NCBI GenBank assembly: GCA_947505805.1
Contig: CANNMA010000003.1
Coordinates: forward strand, 1 to 41,441
Length of the DNA: 41,441 nucleotides
From: a bacterium
Lineage (GTDB): Bacteria; Babelota; Babeliae; Babelales; CAIQNR01
Direction: 5' to 3'
The position numbers and the translations under genes are program-made. Within the stretch, counting starts at the first letter, position 1, and the number at the start of each line of letters is the position of its first letter. The notes beneath the pieces were generated by a model. The model saw only the letters and a list, made by a program, of their open reading frames with translations. It did not search any database and was not told the origin of the DNA. This document shows, one piece after another, positions 29,863 through 38,307 of the stretch.

Positions 29863-30244
29863 AACCCCTTTGGAAACAAGGGTGCAAACATGCTGTTTGA
29901 GCGCCTGTCGGCTACAACCTTCGTTGCGCCCTAATGGACGACAACTCAGTTCCGCCTGATACGGATTTTTTATAGAAGATTTACCATTTTTCAGAAGGTT
30001 ATTTTGGTGTGTTGTGTATTTATTATTAAGGAAAGGGACCTTCTCCGTCGTCCACAACGATATGAGATCGCGGCTGAGTGCGTAGCACACTGACAGATCG
30101 AATGAGTGTCGGGGATCCAGGCGTAACAAGAAAAAATCATATTTTATGTAATCTTTTATTTTTATAAAGACTTTTACAAAGTAACGTGCCCGACTTCGCT
30201 CGAAGAGCTATATCGTGGCACCACGCCTTAGCCTTGGCGTCGGC

Positions 30245-30336
30245 GGGTGAGCAACCTCTTTGGTGCTGCCCGCAGAGGGCACACCTGCGTCTTGTGCAAA
30301 AGAATAAAAAATCCTTCTATTTATGAACTTCTACAG
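30245..30336 (-). repeat. Right arm of a 92-bp imperfect inverted repeat
   Basis: gggtgagcaacctctttggtgctgcccgcagagggcacacctgcgtcttgtgc...ttatgaacttctacag pairs with 29771-29862. Confidence 0.95.
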
Positions 30337-30463
30337 AGATGACGAATAAAAAGTTCGTTTTTGAGCAACTAATCTTAAAAAAATGATAAATCATAAAAAA
30401 ATAGCTTCAATCTGAAAATAAATATAGGGTTAAATCTTTTTGATAAGCTCATTAGGAGGGCTT

Positions 30464-30491
30464 TTGCGATTACTTGAATTGTAAGTATACT
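30464..30491 (+). promoter_or_regulatory. Putative sigma70 promoter
   Basis: TTGCGA-16 nt-TATACT; mirrored upstream of the next gene. Confidence 0.55.
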
Positions 30492-30572
30492 CAATAGCAA
30501 TTACTTGTTTTTTTAAATGGAAAACAGTACAAAAGTGTGGGTTTTTTTAATTAATTCATGGAGGATATAATC

Positions 30573-31370
30573 ATGAATAAACGTTTATCATTGTTTTTAC
30601 TTACTGCGCTGTGTGCATCTGCACCGGTAGTAACTAAGGCTTCAGCGGATTCAATAGCGGATGAAATGGTCAGACATGTTGCAGATAAAGGGATGTCTGT
30701 TGTTGCAGATAAAATGCCCAAGTTTCTTGCAAATTACATAGTTACTGGTGTTACATCATTAGCTCTTGCTGGTATTGCAAATCATTATGAAAAAGCCAAA
30801 AAGAAAGCAATTAAGGCAGCAGTTGTAGTTGGAACAGTTAGTGCGCTTGCGTACTGGTATGTTAACAATCCTGAATCATTCAATGCTGCTATGATAATTA
30901 CTGTTAAAATTGGTAGTAGAGTTGCTGATGCGATTGCGCCCTATATTCCAACTAAAGAAGTTGTTAAGGATACTTTAGTAACTACTGCATCTGCTGTAGC
31001 TGATAAAGCTAAGGTAGCAGGTTCGGTTGCTCTTATTGAAGGTCAAAAACTTGCAAACCAAGCGTTTGAAGCTTTGCCAAGTAAAGAAACAATTATAGAG
31101 AATGCTTCTGTACTATCTGCAACTATCGGTGCAAAAATATCTTCAATTGCTCAACAAGTTATTGATTATGCTCAACCTAAGATTGCTTCAGCTGCTCATC
31201 AAGCTTCAGCCTATGCACAACCTTACATTGATGTGTTACAAGAAAAAGCAGTAACAGCTGTTAATGCTCTTGCTGAACATGAAAACATTATGAGAGTAGC
31301 ACATGGAATTAATGATTATTTGGCAGCTCCGGTTATAAATTCAACCATTAATTCGGTTATGGTTCATTAA
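30573..31370 (+). CDS. Hypothetical exported Ala/Val-rich protein
   Basis: GGAGG SD, then MNKRLSLFLLTALCASA signal peptide; two hydrophobic segments; (YI/AL)P(T/S)KE motif twice. Confidence 0.85.
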   Translation: MNKRLSLFLLTALCASAPVVTKASADSIADEMVRHVADKGMSVVADKMPKFLANYIVTGVTSLALAGIANHYEKAKKKAIKAAVVVGTVSALAYWYVNNPESFNAAMIITVKIGSRVADAIAPYIPTKEVVKDTLVTTASAVADKAKVAGSVALIEGQKLANQAFEALPSKETIIENASVLSATIGAKISSIAQQVIDYAQPKIASAAHQASAYAQPYIDVLQEKAVTAVNALAEHENIMRVAHGINDYLAAPVINSTINSVMVH

Positions 31371-31431
31371 AAACTAAATGTGATCCCTTGAATATTCAGA
31401 AATGGGACTACTGTTTTTGGATATTTTAGAT

Positions 31432-31463
31432 AAGGGTCTTAAGAAATTGGGACCCTTTTCCTT
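31432..31463 (+). terminator. Intrinsic terminator
   Basis: AAGGGTCTTAA-gaaa-TTGGGACCCTT followed by ttccttt. Confidence 0.7.
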
Positions 31464-31526
31464 TAAAAAGGTATTAAAAAAAATAAGCCTAATGATTGAG
31501 TGTTAAGCTTGGTCTTTAGGGGGCGT

Positions 31527-31554
31527 TTGCACAGATTAGAAGGGGTGCTAGAAT
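31527..31554 (+). promoter_or_regulatory. Putative sigma70 promoter with extended -10
   Basis: TTGCAC-16 nt-TAGAAT, with TGn directly before the -10. Confidence 0.55.
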
Positions 31555-31642
31555 GAATGGTAGCTGATTTTAGTTGTTCTGAACACAAATCAGCAGACAA
31601 AATGTGAGGTTTAATAGTTAGTTCTATTCATGGAGGTTAATC

Positions 31643-33130
31643 ATGAATAAAAAATTTTTATCAATAGTTATATTGACATCAACATTTGCGCTTTCTGCGG
31701 CAGATGGTGGAAATCAAGTTTCTGTAGTTCCAACAACTACATCATCATGGAGTGATGTGCCGGTACTTGGTGTAGCGGTTAGGTTTTGGTCATATACAGC
31801 TACAGGGTTCTCTAATGCGCTAAAATCAGTTTTAGCAACTCAGACTACTCAACAACCAGCAGCATCAACAGAACCAATACAAACAGCAGCTGAGTATAAT
31901 GAATCATCTTTAGCTGAAGTAAAAAGATTAGAAGTAGATTATGAAGCATTAGAACAAGCAAAAACTCAAGGCTTTGTTGAAAGATTTACTCCTTCATTAG
32001 AAACAGGGTTCTGTGTCGCTGGTGGTGCAGCAGTTGGTGGACTAATTGGAAATCAATTTGTAAAAGAAGGTGATAACTTGATTGGTCAAAAAGGTTTAAA
32101 AATAGGCCTTCCAGCAGCTGCCGGAGCAGGTCTCGGAGGCTACTTCCGTAATGGAATACAAGTAGGAGCTTCAGCATTTACAGCAAAAGCAGTTTCTTAT
32201 ATTCCATCAAAAGAAGCTTCTGTTAATGCACTTTGTTTAGTAAAAGATGCAGTTGTTAGCGCAGGATCATCTGTTGTTACTTCTGTGAGTGAACATCCAG
32301 TTATAGCAACAACAGCCGCAGTTGCAGCAGTAGTTACTGGTTATGGTGTTTACTATAACAGTAGAGCTAAAGAAGCTCTTGTTGAAGATGCAAAAGAAGC
32401 TGTAAATGCTTTAGAGCTACCAGCATCATCAGAAAAAGGTGCAGAACAATCACTTTCAATACCAGAAAAAGCTGAAGTATTGGCACAAATTGCTCCTGAA
32501 AGATTGCATGATGAAAATCTAGTTGATGAACAAGTTGCAGCTCAAGAAGAAAATCTTCCAGCAGCACAACAACTAGTAGTAGAACCAGCAGTTATTTCAG
32601 CACCAGCTCGAGCAGTAACTGTTGAAGTAGAACACTCAGTAGTAAAACCAGTTCTAGCTCCAGCACCAGTACAAGAACCAGTTCTAGCTCCAGCACCAGT
32701 ACAAGAACCATTAGCAACAGTTGCAGCGGTACGAGCTTCTTTAAGAAAGCCTAAAGCTGTTACTGCAACCAATGTTGATAAATCTACCTTGCGCAATATT
32801 ATTGATGCAACTAAAATTCTTGCACAGCAGATGACTCCTGGAAACAACTTCAAACATTTCAACATCAATCTTGCTGATGACTTAAGTTTGCCAACAGTTA
32901 GACAGATTGCTGGGGTTCACCAATATGCATTAGAAACTATTCCCGCACATGTTGTTGAACTTGCTGATACTATTATTTCTTATTCAGCATTCTTGAATTA
33001 TGTTGCTGCAAAACGTGGTGGTAATCAGTATGGTTCAATGAGTCAAACTCATTTACGCAACATTCAACAAGCGATTGCTCAAGCAATAACTGACTTTGAT
33101 AATGCTACTCAAGAATTACTACACAGCTAA
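31643..33130 (+). CDS. Hypothetical exported protein with glycine-zipper segments and Pro/Ala/Glu linker
   Basis: GGAGG SD; MNKKFLSIVILTSTFALSA signal; GGAAVGGLIG, AAAGAGLGG; YIPSKE; PVLAPAPVQE twice. Confidence 0.88.
   Translation: MNKKFLSIVILTSTFALSAADGGNQVSVVPTTTSSWSDVPVLGVAVRFWSYTATGFSNALKSVLATQTTQQPAASTEPIQTAAEYNESSLAEVKRLEVDYEALEQAKTQGFVERFTPSLETGFCVAGGAAVGGLIGNQFVKEGDNLIGQKGLKIGLPAAAGAGLGGYFRNGIQVGASAFTAKAVSYIPSKEASVNALCLVKDAVVSAGSSVVTSVSEHPVIATTAAVAAVVTGYGVYYNSRAKEALVEDAKEAVNALELPASSEKGAEQSLSIPEKAEVLAQIAPERLHDENLVDEQVAAQEENLPAAQQLVVEPAVISAPARAVTVEVEHSVVKPVLAPAPVQEPVLAPAPVQEPLATVAAVRASLRKPKAVTATNVDKSTLRNIIDATKILAQQMTPGNNFKHFNINLADDLSLPTVRQIAGVHQYALETIPAHVVELADTIISYSAFLNYVAAKRGGNQYGSMSQTHLRNIQQAIAQAITDFDNATQELLHS
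32646..32710 (+). repeat. Perfect 30-nt tandem repeat (about 2.2 copies)
   Basis: aaccagttctagctccagcaccagtacaag twice, plus aacca. Confidence 0.95.
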
Positions 33131-33175
33131 GTTTTTTATGTACAACTGATACACATCCTGACGTACATAAGGTTC

Positions 33176-33211
33176 AAGAGGTGTCCTTTTTTAAGGGCGC
33201 CTCTTTTTTTT
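33176..33211. terminator. Intrinsic terminator between convergent genes
   Basis: AAGAGGTGTCCTT-loop-AAGGGCGCCTCTT then T run abutting the sbcC stop. Confidence 0.8.
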
Positions 33212-35894
33212 ACCCCTGTTCTCGTACCGATGAACGTGAGCCATTTGGGCTTTTTTCGATCAAAAATTGTACCGGAAACTGGTCCTTCATTGCTGAAAGA
33301 TGGGAAACAATAATAATCTTTTCAAAATCGGTTTGAATCTTATAGATCGCATCCATAATCCGCGAAAGACCTTCTTCATCCTGAGAGCCAAATCCTTCAT
33401 CAATAATAAGTGTTTGTAGCGATGTTCCTGCACGGCGTGCAAGTAGTTTTGAAATAGCGATTCGTAAAGAAAAATCTATCCTAAATGCCTCTCCTCCTGA
33501 AAACATTTCATAGGGACGAATTCCCGTTGCATCTGAGATATTAATATCGAGGGTTTCTTTAACTCCCCCTTTTTTTAAATCTCGTAACGATTCGATAAAA
33601 ATATGTGCCTGATTATCTGTAAGCCGAGACAGCAGATCATTTGCTTCTTGTTCTATTTCAGGCAGTGCATCTTCGATTAACAGTGCTTGAATACCATCTT
33701 TTCCAAAAGCTTGAGCGAGCATCTGATACTCTTGCAGTTCTTGCGTAATACTTTTGATTTGAGTATCAAATTCTTTGCACTGTTCAAGTTGTTGTTCAAG
33801 TTTTTTATGTTCAGCTTCAAAGGTTCCTTGTTCTTTAAGGGCCTGTTCTTTTGTTAATGTTAATTCAAGTGCTGTTTGCTTGTAGGCTCTTTCGTCTTCA
33901 GAAAGCTGTTGAGCGTCTTGTGGAACTGTTTTAAAAAGAAGTAGTTGTGCACTACTACTTTTTTCTTGTAGCCAGATCTGACGTATAGAACAAGCAATTT
34001 TATGAGCATTGTTTTTTCGTTCTTGTTGAAGGCTTCTATCTTCATCTTTGTTATTCCATTGGACCATCTGTTTTTCAAGAAGGCTGAGTTGCTCTGTTAT
34101 TGATTTTAAACGAGTTGGAATAAGTCCATGCTGATTGATAATCAGTTCACACTGCTTTTGAGCTTGTTTGTTTTTGATGAATAATTCTGATTCGGTAAAG
34201 CTGAGCATCGCAGTTTTTTCTGCTTCAAGCATTGTTTTTTGAAGTTGATCAATTTCGTCTTTAAAGACTTCACTTTTGTTTTTACTAAGGGTAATAAATT
34301 GGTGCTGTTGGGTGAGCGCATGAGTCAGAGTTGTTTGTTTTTGAAGGAGTTCGTCAATTTGTTTACTAACAAAAATAGCTTGTTTTTGTTTTTCTATTTG
34401 TTCTTTGAGTGTGGCAAGGGCTTGTTTTAATCGGGTAATTCGGTGACTAAAAAAAGCTTCTTGGTCTTCAAATTTTTTTGCTAAAAATCGCTTTCGGGCA
34501 AGAGATAAATTTTGTTCACATAAGGGACAGCTTGGATTATCGGGAGTATGAGCAAGTTGTTTTTTATGCCCCAGACTTTGGAGTTCTTGTGTTGCTCGTT
34601 TACCTTTTTCAATCCAGGTTAAATAGAATGTTTTTTGTCGTTCAAACTGTTTTTCTAGAGCTGCAGTATCATTAATAAGCAGGGTAGGGTCACTATTTTT
34701 TTGACTGATTGCAAGTTGCTCAGAACAATCATGTAATTCAAGCGTGAATTTTTGGAGTTCTAAAGAAAGTTCATGCTGCTTTCTTGTTTCAAGTGCATAG
34801 TTGGTTGCAATGTGTTCAAGGGTACGTTTTGTTTGATTGGTGCTTTCTTCATATTGTTTTTTATGTTGAGTGATCAATAACTGTTCTTGTTCTTTATAGA
34901 GTAAAAGATTTTCTTTGGATTCTAAAAGTTCTTGATAGTGATTTTGGCATTGCGAAAAATCTTCTAAAAGAGCAGCTTTTTTAGCTTCTAATTTTTTTCT
35001 ATCAGGGAGAATTAGATGTTCTTTGTGTGTTTGTTTCCATTCTTTAACACTCGCACGAAAAGCAGCTTCAGCCTCGTTTTTTTGTTTAAGAATTTGTTCA
35101 TATTCAAAATGAAGTAATGCAGCAGAAGATTGTTTTTGTATGAGATTGTTTTTACGGCTTTCAAGATCTGCTTTGGTTATTGCTAGTTTTTGTTCTTCTG
35201 TACTAACTGTTTTAAGCGTAGTTGAAAGTATTGATAATTTTTCTTTGACCGCTGGTAGTTGTTCAATTTCACGGCTTAAATGTTCGCTAATTTTTGTCGA
35301 CTTTTCTTTTTCCTGAGTTAAAAGTTTTATTTTTTCAAGCGCATATTTTTTTGCTTTTTCATAACGATTAAGGCCTAAAATATTTGCTAAAATATCTTTA
35401 CGTTCCTTAGGGAGTTTTTTTGAAAACTCATTTGCTTGGCCTTGGCGCAAAAAAGATGAATTGATAAATGCTTCATAATCAAGGCCAACCGTTTGTTCAA
35501 TTTTTTCTTGAGTACGGCGAATTGTTTTTTCAGTAAGGGATCGGTATCCCGCTTCTTCTTGGCAGTAGATACCAAAATCAACATGGCTAGTAGGTTTGCC
35601 ATATTTTGTAGTGAACATGCGACGAATACGATATTGCTGACCATTAAAAATAAAATCGAGAATAACAATCATATCCGTTTGTCCAAGGCGTAATAAACCC
35701 TGATCAGGTTTTCCTGTTGTTGATACTTTGCGTGCTTGTCCCCAGATCGCCCAAGTTAATGCATCAAGAAGAGCTGATTTTCCGTGTCCATTTTTTCCGG
35801 ATAAGCAGATAAGTTTATAGGGAGTAAAATCTATTACTTGTGGTACTGATCCGTAGCTTAAAAAATTTTGTATTGAAAGTTTTAATGGGATCAT
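33210..35894 (-). CDS. sbcC: SbcC/Rad50-like SMC ATPase
   Basis: Walker A GKNGHGKS, Q-loop LRQG, central zinc hook CPLC, signature FSGGE, Walker B IIDEGFG, long coiled coils. Confidence 0.9.
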   Translation of the reverse strand: MIPLKLSIQNFLSYGSVPQVIDFTPYKLICLSGKNGHGKSALLDALTWAIWGQARKVSTTGKPDQGLLRLGQTDMIVILDFIFNGQQYRIRRMFTTKYGKPTSHVDFGIYCQEEAGYRSLTEKTIRRTQEKIEQTVGLDYEAFINSSFLRQGQANEFSKKLPKERKDILANILGLNRYEKAKKYALEKIKLLTQEKEKSTKISEHLSREIEQLPAVKEKLSILSTTLKTVSTEEQKLAITKADLESRKNNLIQKQSSAALLHFEYEQILKQKNEAEAAFRASVKEWKQTHKEHLILPDRKKLEAKKAALLEDFSQCQNHYQELLESKENLLLYKEQEQLLITQHKKQYEESTNQTKRTLEHIATNYALETRKQHELSLELQKFTLELHDCSEQLAISQKNSDPTLLINDTAALEKQFERQKTFYLTWIEKGKRATQELQSLGHKKQLAHTPDNPSCPLCEQNLSLARKRFLAKKFEDQEAFFSHRITRLKQALATLKEQIEKQKQAIFVSKQIDELLQKQTTLTHALTQQHQFITLSKNKSEVFKDEIDQLQKTMLEAEKTAMLSFTESELFIKNKQAQKQCELIINQHGLIPTRLKSITEQLSLLEKQMVQWNNKDEDRSLQQERKNNAHKIACSIRQIWLQEKSSSAQLLLFKTVPQDAQQLSEDERAYKQTALELTLTKEQALKEQGTFEAEHKKLEQQLEQCKEFDTQIKSITQELQEYQMLAQAFGKDGIQALLIEDALPEIEQEANDLLSRLTDNQAHIFIESLRDLKKGGVKETLDINISDATGIRPYEMFSGGEAFRIDFSLRIAISKLLARRAGTSLQTLIIDEGFGSQDEEGLSRIMDAIYKIQTDFEKIIIVSHLSAMKDQFPVQFLIEKSPNGSRSSVREQG

Positions 35895-35980
35895 AGGGTG
35901 GCTCTCCTTGCATTTTTAGATATTCTATACTACAACCCTTTCCAGGAACTGATATTGTAACAAAGAATAGCGGAGTTTTC

Positions 35981-37384
35981 ATGCAAGATCATATTTTTCG
36001 TATGTATGATATTCGAGGTATTGTGGGTGAAGAGCTTTTTATTGATCAAGTGTATGATTGTGCGCGTGCGTGTGCGCTTTTAATGCTTACGCGTGATGCA
36101 ACTATTAAGACTGTCGCTGTTGGGATGGATGGTAGAGTGCATTCGCCAGCTATAAAAGATGAATGGGTTAGAGGACTGCGTGATAGTGGTCTTGATATTG
36201 TTTTTATTGGAGTGTGTCCAACGCCCCTTGTTTCATTTTCTGAATATTTTTTATCAGTTGATGCCGCTTGCATGATTACCGCGTCTCATAATCCTAAAGA
36301 GTACAATGGCATAAAATTATTTTTACGAAAAAAACCTCTTTTTAGTGATGATCTTCAAACTCTTAAAACGTTATTTAAAAAACAACAGCATGTTGTTCCA
36401 GCAGTTACAGGTTCTTATACAAAGATTTTTTTAATTCCTGACTATATAGCATTACTGACTCGCTTGTTTCCTCATCTTATGGATATCGATTTACCTATTG
36501 TCTTTGATTGTGGCAATGGAGCGGTGGGTGCGGTGTTGCCTCAACTGTGCAAAGCTTTTCGTTGGAAACAGGTAACGCTTTTATATGATGATGTGGATGG
36601 GTCTTATCCAAATCATGAAGCGGACCCTTCAGTAGAGCACAACATGTATGATCTAAAAAACATGGTCCAACAAAAACAGGCAGTAGTAGGCATCGCTTTT
36701 GATGGCGATGGAGATCGCATGGGAGCGGTTACTGAATCAGGGATTATGGTTTTTGGAGATCAGTTATTATCGTTATTTAGTCAGTATGTTCTTGCTTCTA
36801 TGCCTGGAGCTGTAATTGTTTGTGATGCTAAATGTTCAAGTGCTCTTACTGAAACAGTTGAAAAATCAGGTGGTACTTTAACTTTTTCACCATCAGGCCA
36901 TGCATTTTTACGAAAAGCTATGGCTGAAAAAAAAGCTGTTCTTGCAGGTGAGTTGAGTTGTCATTTTTTCTTTCATGATCGTTATTTTGGTTATGATGAT
37001 GGAATCTATGCTGCTTTGCGTTTGATTGAACTTTTGTTACACTCAAAAGAGTCATTTGATCAGTTATTACAGAAGCTTCCGCAACGAAAAAGTTCTCCTG
37101 AAATGAGGTTTACGTGTGCTCAAGGAGCAGGTCCTAGTATCATTCAGTCGATTCTTGAAAAAGTAACCATAATTCCTGGAATAAAAATTTCTACTATTGA
37201 TGGAGTTAGAATTGATACGGGAAAGGGCTGGGGGCTCATTAGGGCATCAAACACTCAGCCGGTTATTTGTTTACGATGTGAATCAGATTCAAATGAAGGG
37301 TTGCAAGAGATACAACGTTTTTTTGTAGACTTGCTGGAGCAGTGGTATGACCGTGATACGTTAAAAACAATAGTACGTTGGTAA
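35981..37384 (+). CDS. Phosphomannomutase/phosphoglucomutase
   Basis: FRMYDIRG, ITASHNP, FDGDGDR, GELSCH, RASNTQP. Confidence 0.95.
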   Translation: MQDHIFRMYDIRGIVGEELFIDQVYDCARACALLMLTRDATIKTVAVGMDGRVHSPAIKDEWVRGLRDSGLDIVFIGVCPTPLVSFSEYFLSVDAACMITASHNPKEYNGIKLFLRKKPLFSDDLQTLKTLFKKQQHVVPAVTGSYTKIFLIPDYIALLTRLFPHLMDIDLPIVFDCGNGAVGAVLPQLCKAFRWKQVTLLYDDVDGSYPNHEADPSVEHNMYDLKNMVQQKQAVVGIAFDGDGDRMGAVTESGIMVFGDQLLSLFSQYVLASMPGAVIVCDAKCSSALTETVEKSGGTLTFSPSGHAFLRKAMAEKKAVLAGELSCHFFFHDRYFGYDDGIYAALRLIELLLHSKESFDQLLQKLPQRKSSPEMRFTCAQGAGPSIIQSILEKVTIIPGIKISTIDGVRIDTGKGWGLIRASNTQPVICLRCESDSNEGLQEIQRFFVDLLEQWYDRDTLKTIVRW

Positions 37385-37393
37385 GGAGAGTAC

Positions 37394-38221
37394 GTGAGAC
37401 GCATAGGATTACATTTTCGTTTGATAACAACGCTTTCTGAGCTACTTGATAAAGCCTATGCAGCTGGAAGTCCGATTGTGCAATGTTTTTTAATTCCTCA
37501 GGGAGCAAGCACTTATTTGGAGTTTACCCCTGAAGAAAAAGCTCTTTGCTTAGAAAAGAGTAAACGTTTTGGGCAATTGTTTTTGCATGCTTCGTATTGG
37601 GTGAACTTAGCTGGTCGCTATAAAAATGGATGGAAGCCTTTTAATAGAGAGCTTGAACTTGCAAAAGAACTTGGTTTTACTCATATCGTTATTCATCCTG
37701 GTTCAGCAACTGGCTGTCTTTCTAAAGATGATGGCATTTATTATCTGGCTAGAGCTCTTAATAAGATTTTAGAAACGGAACATACGATTACTATTGTTCT
37801 TGAAAATACTGCTCATGCAAATAAAACAGTTGGTGGAGACATTCTTGATTTTGGAGCGCTTCTTAAATTGGTTGATAATCCTGACAGAATAGCATTTTGT
37901 CTTGATTCTGCGCATGCTTATTCATATGGATATGATCTTTCGACCATTGATCAAGTTGACGAGTTTGTTGAGCTTGTTGATAAAGAGATTGGGGCACAAC
38001 GTGTTGTTGCTTTGCATTTAAATGATGCTGCTGAAAAATGTGGTTCTCGGATTGATAAACATGCAATTCCAGGGCAGGGGAATATTGGGAAAGAAAGTTT
38101 ACAGCGATTTATGAATCATCCAAAGCTTGCTCATGCATCGGTTATTCTTGAAATGCCTGTTATATCCGATCAAGAGGAGTCTGAAATTTTCAAAGAGGTC
38201 CAGGGGTGGGATCGTTCTTAA
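37394..38221 (+). CDS. nfo: Endonuclease IV
   Basis: HASYWVNL, HPG, LENTA, CLDSAH, LHLND, DKH, ILEMP zinc ligands; GTG start with AAGGAG SD. Confidence 0.95.
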   Translation: MRRIGLHFRLITTLSELLDKAYAAGSPIVQCFLIPQGASTYLEFTPEEKALCLEKSKRFGQLFLHASYWVNLAGRYKNGWKPFNRELELAKELGFTHIVIHPGSATGCLSKDDGIYYLARALNKILETEHTITIVLENTAHANKTVGGDILDFGALLKLVDNPDRIAFCLDSAHAYSYGYDLSTIDQVDEFVELVDKEIGAQRVVALHLNDAAEKCGSRIDKHAIPGQGNIGKESLQRFMNHPKLAHASVILEMPVISDQEESEIFKEVQGWDRS

Positions 38222-38240
38222 GTGATTCTGCTTTTAGATC

Positions 38241-38268
38241 TTGCATTAAACTGAAAAATATTTACTCT
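38241..38268 (+). promoter_or_regulatory. Putative tRNA promoter
   Basis: TTGCAT-16 nt-TACTCT about 40 nt before the tRNA. Confidence 0.45.
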
Positions 38269-38307
38269 TAAAGGCGATACTCTTATAGCACGCGCATCAA
38301 AAAGGTG

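Larger units (their letters stand above)
29771..30336. mobile_element. Putative non-autonomous palindromic element (REPIN/MITE-like) or structured ncRNA locus
   Basis: Long inverted arms with GTAG/GCAG-led hairpins, nested GC-rich palindromes, no credible long ORF, no transposase and no clear target-site duplication. Confidence 0.45.

Noticed and set aside
29857-30129. 90-aa minus-strand ORF
   Set aside because: Runs through palindromic repeats, non-ATG start without a clear SD, no recognisable protein features
29771-30336. CRISPR array, retron msr-msd, tmRNA, RNase P or 6S RNA
   Set aside because: No regularly spaced direct repeats, no adjacent reverse transcriptase, and no tmRNA or RNase P signature sequences recognised; an Rfam scan is still advisable
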